Of a stretch of DNA of 64,000 bases, positions 60,491 to 64,000 are shown piece by piece; within the stretch, counting starts at the first letter, position 1, and the number at the start of each line of letters is the position of its first letter. The DNA comes from Callorhinchus milii (taxonomy: Eukaryota), in contig NW_024704743.1 of NCBI RefSeq assembly GCF_018977255.1, forward strand, positions 79,052,001 through 79,116,000. Reading direction: 5' to 3'. The position numbers were made by a program, and so were the translations under genes. The notes under the pieces are model-generated. The model had not been told where the DNA came from. It did not search any database and worked only from the letters and a program-made list of their open reading frames with translations.

Positions 60491-62724
60491 GTTTTTGTAC
60501 CAGTACATTGCCACGTCGGGGTTCGATGGAAGGAAAAGTGTCCAAAAAACTTTCATATTGGTGATCCATAACCACAACATTTTAGAGTGACACACAAGGT
60601 AAGGACTGGGAAACAGCCGTTCCTGTCATTGAGTGTTCCTTTCTTCCTGAGTGAAATCCTTCAATGTAGCTGTGTTAATAATTTGACAGGAAGTGGTAAG
60701 ATTATAGTGTCTATTCCATTAATCTCAAATATACATATGAGACAAACGGTAAAGTTCAACAATTTGTATTTAAACCATATGACATATAACAACACAATAG
60801 TCTGCACCATACAACGACACAGATATACCAACCAAATAATTGAGAAACAACAGCATGCATTCAGGAATTGCTCAGTACTACAATCAAAACGATAAGTCTG
60901 AGAACGGACCTCAATATATACAGCAGAGGTCAGCTCCTGGAAATCCCTCAGGAACAACTGATTCAGTAATACAAAACTTAGTAGGGACTGGCACCCGGTA
61001 AACCTTCGGACACAAACAATCCTATAAAAACAATACTGAATTACAGAACTATCACACAGAATAGCTCCTGTAAACTCCCCAGAAACAATCAGCTCTCAGC
61101 CCAGCACCTCACCCCGTGCTGCCTAACCTGACTTCTGCATTTCAAATGGAACAACCATTATTATTTGTCCGCCTAGCAAACAGAACCAAAAACATATTAA
61201 CCACTATTCTTCCTCTTTCACTTTTAATAGTCACTTTCTTACTGGAGGTAAATTCCCTCACCTCTGTACATTTACATAGATACAGTAGAATCGATATTGA
61301 TTCGACTGGGAAGTGCACTAAGCCTCTACACAACTTCAACTATTTTAAAGTTACATCTTTTATGTGTTTCTAACTCCATCTTCCCTTGCACAGAGATAGC
61401 CCCCACCCTTTGTAGGCTGCTTTACACAGAGCGATGTGGACAACTTCTGGTCAGCCTCCCACAGCCTGCTTGTTTCTCAGCCTTGAGACAGGCAGGTGTC
61501 TGACTGCAGCCTTTTCTTTCTGTGGTCCATTGTTATTGCATTTATGCTCAAGGACCCGATTACTCATTATCTCAGAGAAGATTTCCTGCCCAGGAAAATA
61601 TGAAATGTAATCAGAAGCTAACCTCAGCCCTTCCAGCAAAGCTACATTTATCCATTCAACTATCAAACCTTCTGGAACATTCGGTTGCTGTTTGAAATAT
61701 ATCATTTCCGATACCAATGCATCTTGAAGTGATGGTCAATATATTTCACTAGCTGTGAAAACAGTACCAGCTTCTGGGAGAAATGAAACTTTGGGCTTTT
61801 TTTCTTTTGAAGATGTATCACATTCTCATCCCCTGAGGGACAACTTTCTAATAAGAATAAAATCACAGCTTTTCCCAGGGCAATGTTTTTTGACAAAACT
61901 ACAATGAAACTGCAAGATGTTGCTTTCCCTTGAAGCTGTGTTTGCATCCCAGAGTCCTATGGACTCAAAATAGCAAATGAGCCAGAAGGATAACTCTTTC
62001 CCAGCTTCTCATTTGAATTTCACTTAATTTCATTAAAAATGCAGGCTAGCATATGGTGCATAGAAAGTATACGCCTGCTCTACAGAACAAACACAATCTG
62101 CAGCTATGTTGTACTTGCCTAATAATGGTAATTATTAGTGCAGAAATTATTAGTGTGTCAGTACATAGAGAAATGTGACCAATCATGCATGCACTCATCA
62201 TGTTTCATTTCATTGTTCACCACACCAGTAATTTCTTGTTGTGAAGGAAACTATAGAGCTACGACTTCAGTTATAAATCATTTTAGGAGCAGTCTGTTCC
62301 TTTAATGGTTCAGAGTGCATTTATCCATAGTTGTTTTTTTTGTATCATTTATAAAGGGTGTCCTTTCCATTAAGTGATGTTTGGACCGTTTGTTATTATA
62401 CTGAACCAGGTATGAGTTGCTGAATATTCCATTCAGATAGTCAGTTGCAGAGAAATGAATTGCTATGTGAAGTAAAATGCTAGAATTGCAATCTTTTCAT
62501 GAACTCACAATCTTTTCTCCCATTTACTTGTGGAAAAGCCAAATGTCTTGAAATAACTTCATCCATGAGGACCAAACATGAAGCAGTATAAGTATATGGC
62601 AGCACACAGAGAGGGAGAGTAATGTAATACAGTACCATCTTGCCTGTTTAATGCTTAATTACTTTTATAATAAATAATGAACCTTGAATTTTATTATACA
62701 TCATTTCACATCAAGAGGAGAGCA

Positions 62725-64000
62725 TCTGGGCAATAGTGATCATAACATCATTAGATTCAGAGTACTTATGGAAAGAGACCATCTATGGTGAAGATATTCA
62801 ACTGGAAGAGGGCAAATTTCAGTGAGTTAAAAAGCGTCCTAGCCAAGGTGGACTGGAAAGAAAGATTGGTAGGTAAAACAACTAAAGAGCAGTGGGAAAT
62901 CTTCAAGGATGAGATAGCTCGGGGACAGAATAAATACATTCCCACAAAAGGGAAAAGTAGGGCTTCCAAATCTCCCTGGATGACGAAGGTAATTGTATCT
63001 AGAATGAAGCAGAAAAAGGAAGCATATGACAAATGTCAAACCCAAGATACAGAAGACAACCAAATAGAATATAGGAAGTGCAGAAGAGGTTTGAAAAACA
63101 ACAACAACAACAACAACAAGATTCCATTTATAGAGCGCCTTTCACGTCGAGAGGACGTCCCAAGGCGCTGAAATAAGGAAATAAGTGGGGCAAAAAGATT
63201 ATACAAAGAAAGGTTAGTGGGTAACATTAAAGGGAATTCAAAAGTATTTTACAAACATATCAAGAAAAAAAAGGCTAGTCAAAGGTAGGATGGGGCCAAT
63301 TAAGGATCAAGGAGGAAATCTTAGGTAGTGCAGTTGATGTAGTTTATATGGACTTTCAAAAGGCATTTGACAAAGTGCCACATGAAAGACTTGCAAGAAA
63401 GATAGAAGCCCATGATATAAAAGGGACAGTGGCAGCATGGATCCAGAACTGGCTGGGACACAGAAAGCAGAGTTGTGGTGAACGGCTGCTTTTCTGACTG
63501 GAGGGAAGTGTACAGTGGCAACCCCCAGGGATCGGTATTAGGACCACTGCTCTTCTTAATGAACATAAATGATCTGGACTTGGGTATAGCAAGTACCATT
63601 TCGAAGTTTGCGGACAACACAAAGTTAGGTAGGATAGTAAATGGTGAGAAGGATAGTAACCAACTGCAGGAAGACATAGACAGAATGGTAAAATGAGCAG
63701 ACACATGGCAGGTGAATTTCAATGTGGAGAAATGCAAGGTAATGCATTTTGGTAGAAAGAATGAAGGGAGGCAATATAGGCTAAATAATACAATCTTAAG
63801 GGAGGTGAAGGAACAGAGAGACCTGGGGGTTCAGGTAAATGAATGCTTGAAGGTGGCAGGACAGGTAGATAAAGCTGTAAAAAGGGCATATGGGATACTA
63901 GGCTTTATAAATAGGGGCATAGAGTACAAGAGTCAGGAGGTTATGATTAACCTATATAAAACACTGGTTAGGTCTCAGTTAGAATACTGCGCCCCGTTCC
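62725..64000 (+). mobile_element. CR1-clade LINE ORF2 fragment, internally deleted, running off the window end
   Basis: [52 protein letters not shown]; an L2 tail is inserted at about 63097-63168. Confidence 0.92.

Noticed and set aside
60900..61950. Short minus-strand ORFs and a possible terminal exon (GLFVSEGLPGASPY*) upstream of TMEM65
   Set aside because: No recognisable protein similarity and no consistent exon chain within the window.

Overview
Eukaryotic (vertebrate) genomic DNA. The repeat content (tRNA/Deu-type SINEs, L2 and CR1 LINEs, Penelope-like inverted repeats) suggests a cartilaginous fish, possibly a chimaera; this is an inference. Two intron-containing genes lie tail-to-tail. 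(1) The last 8 coding exons of a type II ferlin are on the + strand (851-21496: C2E-C2F region and C-terminal TM anchor). The protein has FER1L4-like residues but sits where FER1L6 lies in mammals. (2) A complete 7-exon TMEM65 is on the - strand (ATG at 58052, stop at 30170, 244 aa), with a CpG-island promoter carrying GC boxes, an E-box, an NRF1-like site and two ZNF143/THAP11 motifs. Most long ORFs in the supplied track are retrotransposon fragments or low-complexity artefacts. The most interesting observations are: a short repeat family carrying minimal hammerhead-ribozyme cores, twice arranged as inverted pairs; a 60-nt inverted copy of a ferlin coding exon in the next intron (ECS-like dsRNA); the conflict between ferlin sequence identity and synteny; and a candidate in-frame 75-nt cassette exon in TMEM65 intron 1. 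All family assignments come from recalled sequence knowledge, not database searches.
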